Of a stretch of 64,000 bases of DNA, positions 43,313 to 54,120 are shown in pieces. The stretch lies in the sequence record OR352938.1, one strand, 5' to 3'. Origin of the DNA: Escherichia phage AV108. The notes beneath the pieces were generated by a model. The model ran no database searches and was not told where the DNA came from. It was given only the letters and a program-made list of their open reading frames with translations. Position 1 is the stretch's first letter. Each line of letters opens with the position of its first letter. The position numbers and the translations under genes are program-made.

Positions 43313-43867
43313 ATGCTCTTTTCTTTCTTCCCTGCCATTGAATACAACGGCAAGATGATTACTGACATTGTGCGCAATTACCGCGCATATTTCAACGCAA
43401 TAATTTCTGATTATAACATACAAACATATTACATTCAAGGTAGTCCACGACCGGAACAAGTTGCATATGAAGTATACGGAAACCAACAACTTTATTGGAT
43501 CTTGCTGATGCTTAATGACGTATACGATCCGTTCCATGACTGGATCACCGATCAAGAGACAGCATATGAATCAGCCGAACAGCGATATGCAAGTGTAGGA
43601 GGAAATCAAGTATTATACCACGTTGATATTGACGGAAACAAGTATTGGAATCTTACCGAATATCCGAAAGGATCAAGCAATTGGTATGATAAAGGGGATA
43701 TTCATCATCGTCATTTGCAGTTTCAAGGTGCACTATCGGCAGTAGACACACTGGAAGATGCGATCCTCCGTAATGAGGAACGACGCAAGATCAAGATCAT
43801 AGATCCTACACAAATTAAACAATTTATTAACGCATTCATTCGAGAAATGGAAAAGGCTGATGTGTAA
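43313..43867 (+). CDS. 53: baseplate wedge protein gp53
   Basis: 184 aa, immediately upstream of gene 5; synteny and size. Confidence 0.75.
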   Translation: MLFSFFPAIEYNGKMITDIVRNYRAYFNAIISDYNIQTYYIQGSPRPEQVAYEVYGNQQLYWILLMLNDVYDPFHDWITDQETAYESAEQRYASVGGNQVLYHVDIDGNKYWNLTEYPKGSSNWYDKGDIHHRHLQFQGALSAVDTLEDAILRNEERRKIKIIDPTQIKQFINAFIREMEKADV

Positions 43868-43878
43868 GGTGATTAATT

Positions 43879-45678
43879 ATGCTAATGTTTAATAACTCCG
43901 TTAAATGGTTTACCGGAATTGTAGAAAACAGGGAAGACCCATTAATGCTGGGGCGTGTTCAGGTTAGGATTCATGGTATACATCCCTCGCTATCCGCACA
44001 CGGTGACATTCAAGGTCTCCCAACCGAAGATCTATTATGGATTACGCCAGTACAAGATATTACAAGCGCGGCGATCTCCGGTATAGGTCAAAGCCCTACT
44101 GGTATTGTTGAAGGTTCAATGGTATTTGGTTTGGCTTTAGATGAACGTTATTTAAACTGCGTTATTCTGGGTACTATTGCCGGACAATATACAGAGAAAC
44201 CACTCACTACAGAGGGTTTTTGTGACCCTTCTGGTGCATATCCTCGTTATATTGGTAATGATGTTAATATTCTTGCTCGTGGCGGTATTAACCCAGAAAC
44301 CGGACAAACAACAAAACCTGATAGTGTCTATATTCGAGATGAAAATACTGGAGTTGCAGTAAATCCAGACGACGAGCCATTAGACCAAATTCCGGTTGAT
44401 GATAATCCTGATTTTACAATAGAAAAAATGCTGCGTGGAGATGAGGGGTATCGCGAGAAATGGTATCTTGATTCAGAAGGATATCCGACAATAGGCATCG
44501 GGCATTTGATCATTTATAAGAAAACCAGTGATCTTGGTATTATCAATAATGAACTTTCTAAGCTGGTAGGGCGTGAAGTTACAAACGGAAGACTTACCTC
44601 CGAAGAAGTTAGTAAAGTATTTGCTGACGATATAGAAAAGACTCGTCGTGATATGCGCAAACATCCACGAATTGCACCTGTCTATAATAAATGTAATGCC
44701 TCACGTCGTATGGCATTAGAAAATATGGCGTTTCAAATGGGTGTTGGAGGATTGGGTAAATTTAAGAATAGTCTTGCTGCGATGTTAGCGGAAGAATGGA
44801 AACAAGCCTATGATGGATTACGTCAATCGGTATGGGCTAACCAAACTCCAGGACGCTCCAGCCGTGTTTCTAAAATTATTTTAACTGGTAACTTAGAATC
44901 ATATGGCGTAATTGCTCCAAAGAAAGAGGAATCAATTTCGGATGATCCGCGAGCACGTTTGAGAAATGCCCGTATTGCTGCCTATAAGACGCAGAGAGCA
45001 GAAGAAGACCCAGAAGCACCGTTTACCCCACAAGACACACGAATCATGTTTAAAGAGCCTAAGAGTTCGTATTCTGCAAGGTATCCATATAACCATGTGT
45101 ACGAGTCAGAGAGCGGTCATATTATCGAGATTGATGATACTCCTTCTCATGAGCGATATCATCGTAAACATCCTTCTGGTACATTTGAAGAAACCAGACC
45201 GGATGGAACGAGGGTAGAAAAGATTGAAGGCGATGATTATCTGATCGTTAAACAAGGCCGGAAAGTAAACGTCAAGGGTAATTTGCAAGTTGTTGTTGAA
45301 GGTGACGCGCAAGTTTATTATATGGGTAATGTGATGCAAACCGTTGATGGTAACGTCACTGAATTTATTCGTGGCAATGTTAATCAGACCGTTGAAGGTA
45401 CTGCTAACATGCATGTTGTTGGTGATGTTATCGCACAGCTTGACGCTAATTTGACGGCTAACGTCAAGGGTAATGCTGAATTAATGATCGATGGTAACAC
45501 TACCGAAACAATTAAAGGTAACTATGATTTAACCGTTGAGGGTAATTTTAATATGACAGTCAATGGCACTAAATCAGATCAGGTTAATGGTGACTGGTCC
45601 CGTAATTGTGGTGCAAGCGTTAAAGATATTGCAACTGGTACAGTTAAAATTGATGGTAGCCGTATTGATCTTGGGTGA
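43879..45678 (+). CDS. 5: baseplate hub / cell-puncturing device with lysozyme domain (gp5)
   Basis: 599 aa; N-terminal MLMFNNSVKWFTGIVENREDPLMLGRVQVRIHGIH...; central lysozyme domain GYREKWYLDSEGYPTIGIGHLI; C-terminal VxGNxx beta-helix repeats. Confidence 0.9.
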   Translation: MLMFNNSVKWFTGIVENREDPLMLGRVQVRIHGIHPSLSAHGDIQGLPTEDLLWITPVQDITSAAISGIGQSPTGIVEGSMVFGLALDERYLNCVILGTIAGQYTEKPLTTEGFCDPSGAYPRYIGNDVNILARGGINPETGQTTKPDSVYIRDENTGVAVNPDDEPLDQIPVDDNPDFTIEKMLRGDEGYREKWYLDSEGYPTIGIGHLIIYKKTSDLGIINNELSKLVGREVTNGRLTSEEVSKVFADDIEKTRRDMRKHPRIAPVYNKCNASRRMALENMAFQMGVGGLGKFKNSLAAMLAEEWKQAYDGLRQSVWANQTPGRSSRVSKIILTGNLESYGVIAPKKEESISDDPRARLRNARIAAYKTQRAEEDPEAPFTPQDTRIMFKEPKSSYSARYPYNHVYESESGHIIEIDDTPSHERYHRKHPSGTFEETRPDGTRVEKIEGDDYLIVKQGRKVNVKGNLQVVVEGDAQVYYMGNVMQTVDGNVTEFIRGNVNQTVEGTANMHVVGDVIAQLDANLTANVKGNAELMIDGNTTETIKGNYDLTVEGNFNMTVNGTKSDQVNGDWSRNCGASVKDIATGTVKIDGSRIDLG

Positions 45679-45686
45679 GGTAACTA

Positions 45687-46253
45687 ATGGTTGAAATTCT
45701 TCCGATGAGTTCAAAATTGGAGGATATCAGCGAGCGAGAAATCTTTGAGGTGGTGTTCTCTTATAAAGCAACGCCACCGGATGCAAATACCACATACACG
45801 ATTAAAGAGTTTAAGATCAGCGAGTATCGCCCTAATAAGGGCGTTACCGTTGAAGAAACTAAAATATCTGGTGAGTATCGGGATAGTTTTTCGCTTGGCG
45901 CGGATTCTCTTAAATATATAACGAAAGATAGAATTAAAAAATCTGCCGGAAGTTTTGATGATTTACCAGATCCAACTACCGCAGATCTATATTATTTTAA
46001 CGCTCCTACACGTCTACAGGAGGTTTATACTTATAAAGTAACCCTAACCTATATCCAATCTGTTTCAGAGTCTTCTGGTGGTTCTGATGAAGGAAATAGT
46101 GGTGGTTCCAATAGCCGAGAGGGTGCTGGTGAAACTAATCCGCCTCCGGTAGTAACCGAGCACACAATAGAGAAAGTTTATACTCAAACCGTTTTTGGAA
46201 ATTGGGATGTGTGGGCGCAGCAACTAAGAGATTATGTACATAGGGGTGTTTAA
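45687..46253 (+). CDS. 5.1: gp5.1-like baseplate-associated protein
   Basis: 188 aa between gene 5 and the PAAR gene; synteny. Confidence 0.6.
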   Translation: MVEILPMSSKLEDISEREIFEVVFSYKATPPDANTTYTIKEFKISEYRPNKGVTVEETKISGEYRDSFSLGADSLKYITKDRIKKSAGSFDDLPDPTTADLYYFNAPTRLQEVYTYKVTLTYIQSVSESSGGSDEGNSGGSNSREGAGETNPPPVVTEHTIEKVYTQTVFGNWDVWAQQLRDYVHRGV

Positions 46254-46546
46254 TGGCTGGATTATCCTACGATAAAGCTAAAACTACAGGGCACGGAAAC
46301 TACCCACCTACGGTAATTAATGCAACTCAATCTAAGGTATTTGTTGAGGGTATCCCTGTATTAGTCGAAGGAGACCCAATTACACCACATACAAAAACAA
46401 CAAAGCCTTATGATACACACGGGGGAACTACGGTCGCCAGTACCCCGAAAGTATTTGTTACCGGAAAGAAAGCAATTCAAATGGCAGATCGTATTAGCTG
46501 TGGCGATACCGTCGCTATGGCATCACCGAAGGTATTCATAAAATGA
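46253..46546 (+). CDS. 5.4: PAAR-repeat spike-tip protein (gp5.4)
   Basis: 97 aa (same length as T4 gp5.4); PAAR-like conical-tip pattern; directly after 5.1. Confidence 0.7.
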   Translation: MAGLSYDKAKTTGHGNYPPTVINATQSKVFVEGIPVLVEGDPITPHTKTTKPYDTHGGTTVASTPKVFVTGKKAIQMADRISCGDTVAMASPKVFIK

Positions 46547-48447
46547 CAAAGCAAAAGATTACACAAATTCCTGATATTTTTAATGCTGCTACGTTTGATG
46601 AAATTAAAAGCGCATTAACAGACTGGATGAGAAACCAGGAAGAATTTAAAGATTTTGATTTTAATGGTGCTGGCATTAACGTATTGATGGACTTGCTCGC
46701 ATATAACACTCTGTATATTCAGCAATTCGCTAACGCCGCGCTATATGAATCTTTTATCAGAACGGCAATTAAGCGTAGTTCAGTTGTTCAAGCCGCGCAA
46801 GATTTAGGATATTTGCCAGCAAGTAAAACTAGTGCATCGACCACAATTATGTTGCACGTATCACATCCGCGAAATCCGGCAAGTATTCGAATCCCACGAG
46901 GAACTAAATTTATTGCAAGTGTGGATCGCCAGACTTCTTACCCGTTTGTGACTACAGAAGACGTTGTGAGCGTTTTAGGTTCAAATGGTTTATATACGCC
47001 TATGCTTAAAGTCGCACAAGGTCGTATTGTTCGTACAGAAATGTTATTTGATCCGAAGAAACAAATTCTGATCCGTGATCCTGATATTGACCGCGCTCAG
47101 GTTAAGTTGTGGGTAGATGGTGCTGAATGGAAAGACTGGACACGAGAAAGCATTGTTAACGCAACTGGCGCTAGTAATATTTTCTATATGCGTGAAACCG
47201 TAGACGGTCATACAGAAATCTTCTTTGGTGAAGGTGAATCAACTTTATCTGCTGCTGGCGGGGCGCTGGAAGCAAATTATATTGGTGGACTTAAGCCGTC
47301 AACTGGTGCTAATATTGTTATCGAATATATTAGCACTAAAGGCGCGGAAGCAAACGGTTCAGTTAATTTTACATATGCGGATACCCTTGCATCTATCTCT
47401 ATTGTTAAAATTATTGAGAATCCGACAAATGATCGTGATTATGTCGGTGCAGATGGTGGTGGTGATCCTGAATCAATCGAACGTATCCGTGAACTTGCTC
47501 CGGTAATGCGTGAATCTCAGCGTCGTTGTGTTACTGCTTCTGACTATGAGGCTTTTGTATCTAGCCGTTTTGGTAGTATTGTTCAGGCGGTACAATGTTT
47601 CACCGACCGAGAAAAACCGGGTTATGCTTTTGTTGCGGTTAAGCCTAAATCTGGCTTGCGCTTGACAACTGTTCAAAAAGAAGATATGAGGGATTATCTG
47701 GCAAAATATAATCTTGCCCCTATCACGCCGAGCATCATTGACCCTAACTATCTGTATATTAAACAGAATATTAAAGTTTCCTATTCAATCAATGACTTGT
47801 CAGAATCAGAGCAGTGGTTGCGAGGTGCGGTTATTGATCAGATAGATGCATATTATACCGACGAAGTGGAAATTTTTAACCAGACCTTTAGTAAGTCTAA
47901 AATGCTTGCTCGTATTGACAAAGCTGACGTGTCTGTGATAGGTTCTAGTGCAGAAATCGAGATGGTGCGAGAGATCGACAACTTCTATAAAGCACCTATG
48001 GCTGGAATCAAGTTTTTAAACCAGTATAAGAGCGGAATCAAGTCTAGTTCGTTCAACTTCGAAAAGGACGACAAGCAATATCCGATCCATTATGTAAGTA
48101 CAGAAATGAACAAAGAATCAGGTTTAGCTAAATTGTTGGTTGGACCTTTCCCTGTTGATTCTACAATCGCTTTACCGCACTATTCCGGCACTGATTTTGA
48201 TAAAGAGGTTATTGACGGGGCGGACCTATACTTTGAGGTTGGAGAAGTTCAGCATTATGACGACCTTATTTCATGGGATCTGGGTAAACTGAATATCAAT
48301 AGCGATCGCTTTACTGGTTCATATATTGAGTTGACAGCTAAACCGATTGCTGATAACATCTTTACTAAAGACGGTTCTTTGATCGTGTTTGAAAACGATC
48401 TCCGTCCTCAGTACACAACTATTAGTCTGGAGGCAATTGCTCAATGA
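46543..48447 (+). CDS. 6: baseplate wedge protein gp6
   Basis: 634 aa (T4 gp6 is 660 aa); synteny 5-6-7-8; overlapping stop/start. Confidence 0.8.
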   Translation: MTKQKITQIPDIFNAATFDEIKSALTDWMRNQEEFKDFDFNGAGINVLMDLLAYNTLYIQQFANAALYESFIRTAIKRSSVVQAAQDLGYLPASKTSASTTIMLHVSHPRNPASIRIPRGTKFIASVDRQTSYPFVTTEDVVSVLGSNGLYTPMLKVAQGRIVRTEMLFDPKKQILIRDPDIDRAQVKLWVDGAEWKDWTRESIVNATGASNIFYMRETVDGHTEIFFGEGESTLSAAGGALEANYIGGLKPSTGANIVIEYISTKGAEANGSVNFTYADTLASISIVKIIENPTNDRDYVGADGGGDPESIERIRELAPVMRESQRRCVTASDYEAFVSSRFGSIVQAVQCFTDREKPGYAFVAVKPKSGLRLTTVQKEDMRDYLAKYNLAPITPSIIDPNYLYIKQNIKVSYSINDLSESEQWLRGAVIDQIDAYYTDEVEIFNQTFSKSKMLARIDKADVSVIGSSAEIEMVREIDNFYKAPMAGIKFLNQYKSGIKSSSFNFEKDDKQYPIHYVSTEMNKESGLAKLLVGPFPVDSTIALPHYSGTDFDKEVIDGADLYFEVGEVQHYDDLISWDLGKLNINSDRFTGSYIELTAKPIADNIFTKDGSLIVFENDLRPQYTTISLEAIAQ

Positions 48448-51400
48448 TTAAAGCGCCTAGTGTAACTAGCTTGACAATAGAAAAATTGTCTGCTAATCAG
48501 GCGTATATCACATGGGATGACGTAGGCGAAAACTTCTTTTATTTTGTGGAGTTAGCCGAAACCAGAACACGAGACGGGGAGATCATCCCCGTCGATGAGT
48601 TAAGCTGGGTAAACCTGGGATATACTGCCGACCAAAACTGGTTTGAGGATAAAAACCTTTTTCCAGAATATTATTACAAATTTCGTGTAGCAGTAGCCGC
48701 AGAAGGATTTGAACAAAGTAAATGGATTGAAACCGAAGAGTTTCAGACATTTAAAACAAACGCATATAATTTTTCTATGATGCGAGAGTTCAACCTTGCA
48801 AACGAATTTGTTAAGCAAAAGTTTACATATGATAATCGTGATTATATTAAATTCAATACTGATTTAATTCAAGCATCATTGATGCAGGAAGATTTTGTCT
48901 TTAGTCCTGAATATGCAAACATCACAAATATTTCTAACAAAATTATTGTTGATGAAAACTTTCATGAAATACAGGATCACATAGAAAAAGTTTGTACTGA
49001 TATAAACCGCACTATGTTAGCGGAAATGAACGGTGTTTTGTACCTTTTCGAACGGTTCCAGCCGATCGTGAAAGTGTCAAATGATAAAGGTCAATCATGG
49101 AAAGCATACAAGGCTTTTAATGATCGTGTAGGCAATCCGGTTTCCCGCACATGCGTTTATCAGTCTAAAACCACTACTTACGTTTTAGGATATGACCGAA
49201 TCTTTTACGGACGACAAGCGAGCGATACTCGATGGAGCGCGGACGATGTTCGATTTAGTGATGATACGATCACTTTTGCAAAGGTTGGTGACGAGAACGA
49301 TTTAGGCTTTGACGTTGAGGTCTTTGGTGTATTTTCCAGATTAACAGGGGACACCACAAAATACGCCGAAGCTATGGCGTGCAGTGATGACTATTTGTGG
49401 GTTGGTGCTAAAGATGTTATTCGCCGGATTCGTCTTAAGAATACTCCAGTTGATACCGTACAGGGTTCGCCTACGTTTGGCGAAAAAATATTCGATCCTG
49501 ATGTTATCCGAGTAACAGGAAATGATAAAGCTGTCATTCAGAAAATGGATGTGATCGACGGTAAATTGCTTGTATTTGTTACTGGTGAAGTTAAACAGCG
49601 TTATCAAGATCCAACCAAACCAGAAAACGTTGTTCCGTCAGATGATGCGGGTGTATACTTAATAGGGAGTGATGGTCTGTCTTTTCAGAGAGTATTTGGC
49701 AACACTCCGCAGGAAAGGGAATATATTCAGCATGGGTTCAGTAATATGTCAACCAATGGTGATGAGGTGTTTATAAGCCATTATAATCATCACTTCGAAA
49801 GCATTTTACCTGATCCAGAAACTGCCGCGAAATATGAATTGGGCGAAGCTGTAAAATATTCTCAGGAGCCAACTTATCTAACTGATAAGAAAATACATCA
49901 AACTACTTTCAGAGCAAGTTATGATGATTTGCGTATTTGGGAGTTAGGACCGCAAGCGTATTATAATGAGGCCGACTATACATGGATGCGTCGAAACGGT
50001 GTTCGTGTATGGATCACAAATGATAATCGCCCGTTGGTTGTTTATCCAGAAGTTGTCTATACGCAGGAAGTTGATACTTCCGGCATTCTTGATAAAAACA
50101 GAATTAACCGTGAAGTTTATGATAAAGGGACCGTGACCTGTTATCTTAACAATGTTAAATTTGAAGGATTCAAACAATATGCATCCGGTGTAATGTTCCA
50201 TAAAAACACGGGAGAGATCATTGGATTCTATCAATTTAATTATCGTGTTCGTGACCAAGTTGGTGTATATTGGAAACCTACAAATGTAGCATTTGTTGCT
50301 GAATTGCAAAATCAGGTTCGAGAGGTTCCCTGGGTTCCGGTTCACTACGATCGAGAGCAAGATCCAGATTTGCGACCTTTACTGAATAAGATGACACCTG
50401 ATAGCTTTTTACTTGAGAACGAAAATTTCAGAAAATTCTCTGAATATTATCTGCAATTCTTAAGTGATGGTTCAGGAACATATTATAATAAACTAAAAAA
50501 TCTGATTAAAAACAAATATCCACGCGAGCAAGATGCATATGAGTATCTTTGGTCAGAGATGAACAAACGAAACATCTATGCAGATAAAAACAAGCGAGAT
50601 GCGGTCGTAAGATTCTTTGAATCCCGCAAATCAGATTTTTATTCCACTAAGGGCGTGGAGGCTTCTTATAAGTTCTTGTTTAAGTTACTTTATAATGAAG
50701 ATGTGGAAATTGAGGTTGAATCACAAGCCGGACTAGAGTATGATATTGTTGTTAGTTCAACGAACATTGACGAGGATATCGTAGGTCGCACGATTTATAC
50801 CCCGACCGGACGGGCTAACGTGACTTATCTTGAAAGGGAATATGAAGGTGGACGTCTACGCTGGCGAGTAACCATTCATAACCTGATCGGGCGGTTCGAA
50901 GAAGGTCAAGTGATCAAATCAGAGAAAACAGCGTTTGAAGGGATGATCCTTGTTGGTGTGCGTGGTAAAGAGTTGTTGAGTAGTTCAATCGACTATATCA
51001 ACCGCTCACGAAGCCAATACACCATGAAGATTAAAAGTGCATTGCCAGTTTCGCGCTATGCAAATGATGTAATGCGATTCGTTCATCCTGTCGGCTTTGG
51101 GTTTATCGGTGTTACCCTGCTTACGATGTTCATTAACAGCGGGTTGAGCATGAAGCACACCGAGACGATAATTCAATCTCTGAAAAATTATAAGTTTGAC
51201 AGCGGATTGCCTAGCGTGTATCCTGATCGGGTGGCAGACCTTGACGTTGACGGAAACATTAAGAAAGACCCACTAACAGGGAAACCATTATACTTAACGT
51301 CACCGACAATGGGCGAAGAGTTCCCCGTTCCTCCTGAATATGATCAGGAGAACAGCGAATTGTTCCACGGACTTAAAGCAAGCGAACGAAGATTTGCAAT

Positions 51401-51530
51401 GAGTCCACTGTTTGACCAGTCGGCGGTAACATTCTCTATGTTCCGTGAACTTGTAGATAAACGGTTGAAGGATAATATAGGGAGTCCACGCGATCCGAAG
51501 AATCCGACACAGAGGAAAATTAATGGCTAA
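48444..51530 (+). CDS. 7: baseplate wedge protein gp7
   Basis: 1028 aa (T4 gp7 is 1032 aa); synteny. Confidence 0.8.
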   Translation: MIKAPSVTSLTIEKLSANQAYITWDDVGENFFYFVELAETRTRDGEIIPVDELSWVNLGYTADQNWFEDKNLFPEYYYKFRVAVAAEGFEQSKWIETEEFQTFKTNAYNFSMMREFNLANEFVKQKFTYDNRDYIKFNTDLIQASLMQEDFVFSPEYANITNISNKIIVDENFHEIQDHIEKVCTDINRTMLAEMNGVLYLFERFQPIVKVSNDKGQSWKAYKAFNDRVGNPVSRTCVYQSKTTTYVLGYDRIFYGRQASDTRWSADDVRFSDDTITFAKVGDENDLGFDVEVFGVFSRLTGDTTKYAEAMACSDDYLWVGAKDVIRRIRLKNTPVDTVQGSPTFGEKIFDPDVIRVTGNDKAVIQKMDVIDGKLLVFVTGEVKQRYQDPTKPENVVPSDDAGVYLIGSDGLSFQRVFGNTPQEREYIQHGFSNMSTNGDEVFISHYNHHFESILPDPETAAKYELGEAVKYSQEPTYLTDKKIHQTTFRASYDDLRIWELGPQAYYNEADYTWMRRNGVRVWITNDNRPLVVYPEVVYTQEVDTSGILDKNRINREVYDKGTVTCYLNNVKFEGFKQYASGVMFHKNTGEIIGFYQFNYRVRDQVGVYWKPTNVAFVAELQNQVREVPWVPVHYDREQDPDLRPLLNKMTPDSFLLENENFRKFSEYYLQFLSDGSGTYYNKLKNLIKNKYPREQDAYEYLWSEMNKRNIYADKNKRDAVVRFFESRKSDFYSTKGVEASYKFLFKLLYNEDVEIEVESQAGLEYDIVVSSTNIDEDIVGRTIYTPTGRANVTYLEREYEGGRLRWRVTIHNLIGRFEEGQVIKSEKTAFEGMILVGVRGKELLSSSIDYINRSRSQYTMKIKSALPVSRYANDVMRFVHPVGFGFIGVTLLTMFINSGLSMKHTETIIQSLKNYKFDSGLPSVYPDRVADLDVDGNIKKDPLTGKPLYLTSPTMGEEFPVPPEYDQENSELFHGLKASERRFAMSPLFDQSAVTFSMFRELVDKRLKDNIGSPRDPKNPTQRKING

Positions 51531-52518
51531 TGAAAATAGTGTGATCTATCGCTCAATCATTACTAGTAAATTCAGAACGGAAAAACTTCTGAATTTCTAT
51601 AATTCTGTAGGCGATGAGGCAAATCAAATTACAATTTATGGAACGTTTGGACGTTCGGAGCCGTGGTCAGAAAACGAAAAAGAGGTGGGCTTTGCCCCAC
51701 CTTATCCGACCGATTCAACAGCTGGTGTTGTTGACATGTGGACCCATATGATGGGGGCGGTTAAGATTAACAAATCACTTCTTGATGCGGTTATCCCTCG
51801 TAAAGATTGGGGTGATACCGGACAGGATAACCCGCGCACATTCTTTATCAATGACATTGTTGTTGTCAACTCAGCACCATATAACCGAACTGATGTTGGT
51901 AGCGGCTGGATGGTGTATCGCGTAACCGATGTTCCTGATCGCGGTTACTGCTCGATTTCAAGCATTGACGCTAAAGTAGAGTGTTTGAAGTTGGGCGGAA
52001 AGTGGACACCCACTCATGAATCAATTGCGCCACCTGTAGGAAAGGGCGATTCTATTGATATGGGTGATGGGTATCGTTGGGAATATCTGTACACAATTCC
52101 ACCTGATGCGGCGATCAACCGTTGCACCAATGAACATATTGTTGTACCGTTCCCCGATGAACTGCGACAAGATCCGGCGCGTTGGGGCTATGACAATGCG
52201 ATCACATGGTATAATGACTATAATCTTCTTTATCGGCTGAAAGTAGTAACTTTGCGTTTTCAGGCTTATATGGACTCTGCGCAATTCCCAACTACCGCGT
52301 TAGTGGGTAATACTGGTTTCCGTCAGTTAAGCATTATCCTTAACCCATTGGAAAAGAAAGCACGCCCTAGCGATCCAGACGTTAAAGCGGTCAAAGATAA
52401 GTACCGACCGCAAGACTTAGAGCCACACTCAGGCGAAATGATCTACATGGAAAACCGACAACCTATCGTTCGGTCATTAGATCAAACAGAACTTGTTTCT
52501 GTATTGTTTGAGTTCTAA
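51523..52518 (+). CDS. 8: baseplate wedge protein gp8
   Basis: 331 aa (T4 gp8 is 334 aa); synteny. Confidence 0.8.
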   Translation: MANENSVIYRSIITSKFRTEKLLNFYNSVGDEANQITIYGTFGRSEPWSENEKEVGFAPPYPTDSTAGVVDMWTHMMGAVKINKSLLDAVIPRKDWGDTGQDNPRTFFINDIVVVNSAPYNRTDVGSGWMVYRVTDVPDRGYCSISSIDAKVECLKLGGKWTPTHESIAPPVGKGDSIDMGDGYRWEYLYTIPPDAAINRCTNEHIVVPFPDELRQDPARWGYDNAITWYNDYNLLYRLKVVTLRFQAYMDSAQFPTTALVGNTGFRQLSIILNPLEKKARPSDPDVKAVKDKYRPQDLEPHSGEMIYMENRQPIVRSLDQTELVSVLFEF

Positions 52519-52524
52519 GTGTAT

Positions 52525-52560
52525 GATTTTAAAAGCCAATTCGAGAGAGTTGGCTTTTTC
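52525..52560 (+). terminator. rho-independent terminator after gene 8
   Basis: agccaattcgagagagttggct hairpin followed by ttttctatttt. Confidence 0.6.
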
Positions 52561-52571
52561 TATTTTGAGTG

Positions 52572-52628
52572 TTGACAATCTTATTTGGTAAGGTATAATA
52601 CACACATCTAAACAACGGAGGATAAATT
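52572..52628 (+). promoter_or_regulatory. near-consensus sigma70 (early-type) promoter plus RBS inside the late baseplate cluster
   Basis: TTGACA (52572-52577), 16-bp spacer, TATAAT (52594-52599), GGAGGA RBS, ATG at 52629. Confidence 0.65.
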
Positions 52629-52886
52629 ATGGCACGTCGTAAATTTACAGATAATTGTGAAGCAATTCAGGTATCCCCTTGCGGTTGGGATGTGATCGCG
52701 AACGGTGAAAAGATCGGAGAGATCATCGATCATACTCATTCATCATTAGCCGATTACACCGATGAACTGTGGGAGGGTATCAACTTCATGAATGACACTA
52801 AACGATTCAAGACTATCGACGAAGCTATCTATTTTGTGTATAATCCAACTTTCGGTATGTGGGGAACTAGAAAATGGCACGCGTAA
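52629..52886 (+). CDS. hypothetical protein (85 aa), first gene of inserted cassette
   Basis: ORF track; MARRKFTD...; no motif. Confidence 0.5.
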   Translation: MARRKFTDNCEAIQVSPCGWDVIANGEKIGEIIDHTHSSLADYTDELWEGINFMNDTKRFKTIDEAIYFVYNPTFGMWGTRKWHA

Positions 52887-53206
52887 ATATTAAATTGCAT
52901 TACACAATGAATAAAGCTAAGTTCCCAATGCAAAAGCATTACTATGGTCTACGTGCACAAGATCCTAAACTCTATGGTACTCATTGGTTTTGTAAACATG
53001 ATAACCAATGGCACACATACGAAGAAATGCACGAGATGATGAAACAGGGTATTGAATTTAGTTATTCTAATTATGACCATCGTATAACTTGCATTCGAAA
53101 ATTGAAACGATGGATTCGTAAGAATCCGCAATTTAAAAACTTTGTGTTCTTTATGTCTCATGTTTATTTGGGACATAGCGTTACCGTCACAGCAAAGGTT
53201 AAATAA
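52874..53206 (+). CDS. hypothetical protein (110 aa), second gene of inserted cassette
   Basis: ORF track; His/Trp-rich (HWFCKHDNQWHTYEEMHEMM). Confidence 0.5.
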   Translation: MARVNIKLHYTMNKAKFPMQKHYYGLRAQDPKLYGTHWFCKHDNQWHTYEEMHEMMKQGIEFSYSNYDHRITCIRKLKRWIRKNPQFKNFVFFMSHVYLGHSVTVTAKVK

Positions 53207-54045
53207 TGGCACGACTTTCTAAACAAGAACAAAAATTACACGATCGGGTGATGGAGTTGATTAATTCAGATCGCCCATTGACATATGAAGAAAAAGAATT
53301 TTGCTATAATAACTATCATGGCGATGGTCTAGGCGGTTCAGGTGCATTCTTTACCCCAGAAGGGCTTGCATGGGATTTTACCATCGATGCACATTGCACA
53401 GGAAAAGTATTAGATCTTTGTGCTGGGATCGGTCGCTTATCTTTTTGTATGTTACATCGTTGTAAGCCAGAAAAGATCGTATGCGTCGAACTCAATCCAG
53501 AATTTGCGCGTATTGGCAAGCGACTATTACCGGAGGCAGAATGGATCACCAGCGATGTATTCGAATTTGAGTCAAACGAAAAATTCGATGTTGTAATTAG
53601 CAATCCACCTTTCGGGAAAATCAACACAACCAACACAAAGGATGTATTTGAATATACTGGCGGTGAGTTTGAATTTAAGGTTATGACATTAGGCCAGAAG
53701 TTTGCCGATGTAGGTTATTTTATTGTTCCTTCTGGTTCCGCTGGTTTTGCTTATTCCGGCAGACCTTATTATGACGGGACCATGAAGTCCAATAAATATC
53801 TAAAATGGAGCAAACAAACTGGTTTGGTGACTTATGCCGGATGTGGGATCGATACATCAATCTATCGCGATGAATGGCACAGTACCAACGTTTTAACAGA
53901 AGTGGTTGAGGTTCGGTATTACGAGAAAGAAGCCGTAGAAGCGCCTAAATCACGCCCTAACGAACAAATAGAAGAAAGTAAGGAGATTACCTTACCGAAA
54001 CAGGAAAGCGAGTCTGGGACGCTCTCAGATTTGTTTGACATTTAA
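53206..54045 (+). CDS. SAM-dependent amino-methyltransferase (N6-adenine/N4-cytosine class, gamma-type motif order)
   Basis: 279 aa; motif I VLDLCAGIGRLS followed ~75 aa later by motif IV VISNPPFGK. Confidence 0.7.
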   Translation: MARLSKQEQKLHDRVMELINSDRPLTYEEKEFCYNNYHGDGLGGSGAFFTPEGLAWDFTIDAHCTGKVLDLCAGIGRLSFCMLHRCKPEKIVCVELNPEFARIGKRLLPEAEWITSDVFEFESNEKFDVVISNPPFGKINTTNTKDVFEYTGGEFEFKVMTLGQKFADVGYFIVPSGSAGFAYSGRPYYDGTMKSNKYLKWSKQTGLVTYAGCGIDTSIYRDEWHSTNVLTEVVEVRYYEKEAVEAPKSRPNEQIEESKEITLPKQESESGTLSDLFDI

Positions 54046-54047
54046 TT

Positions 54048-54078
54048 ATAAGCCGTCCTCGTGGGCGGCTTTTTTGTA
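54048..54078 (+). terminator. rho-independent terminator after the methyltransferase
   Basis: agccgtcctcgtgggcggct hairpin followed by tttttg. Confidence 0.6.
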
Positions 54079-54085
54079 TGTATTT

Positions 54086-54093
54086 TATAAATA
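54086..54093 (+). promoter_or_regulatory. T4-type late promoter TATAAATA upstream of gene 9
   Basis: Exact TATAAATA ~28 nt upstream of the gp9 ATG, after the terminator. Confidence 0.6.
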
Positions 54094-54120
54094 ATACATC
54101 ATAACATGAGGAATTAAACA

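Noticed and set aside
47225-53636. Minus-strand and internal ORFs inside late genes (47473..47676, 48600..48818, 49341..49607, 49944..50360, 52021..52284, 53316..53636)
   Set aside because: Embedded in or antisense to the syntenic baseplate genes gp6/gp7/gp8 and the methyltransferase; no independent signals.
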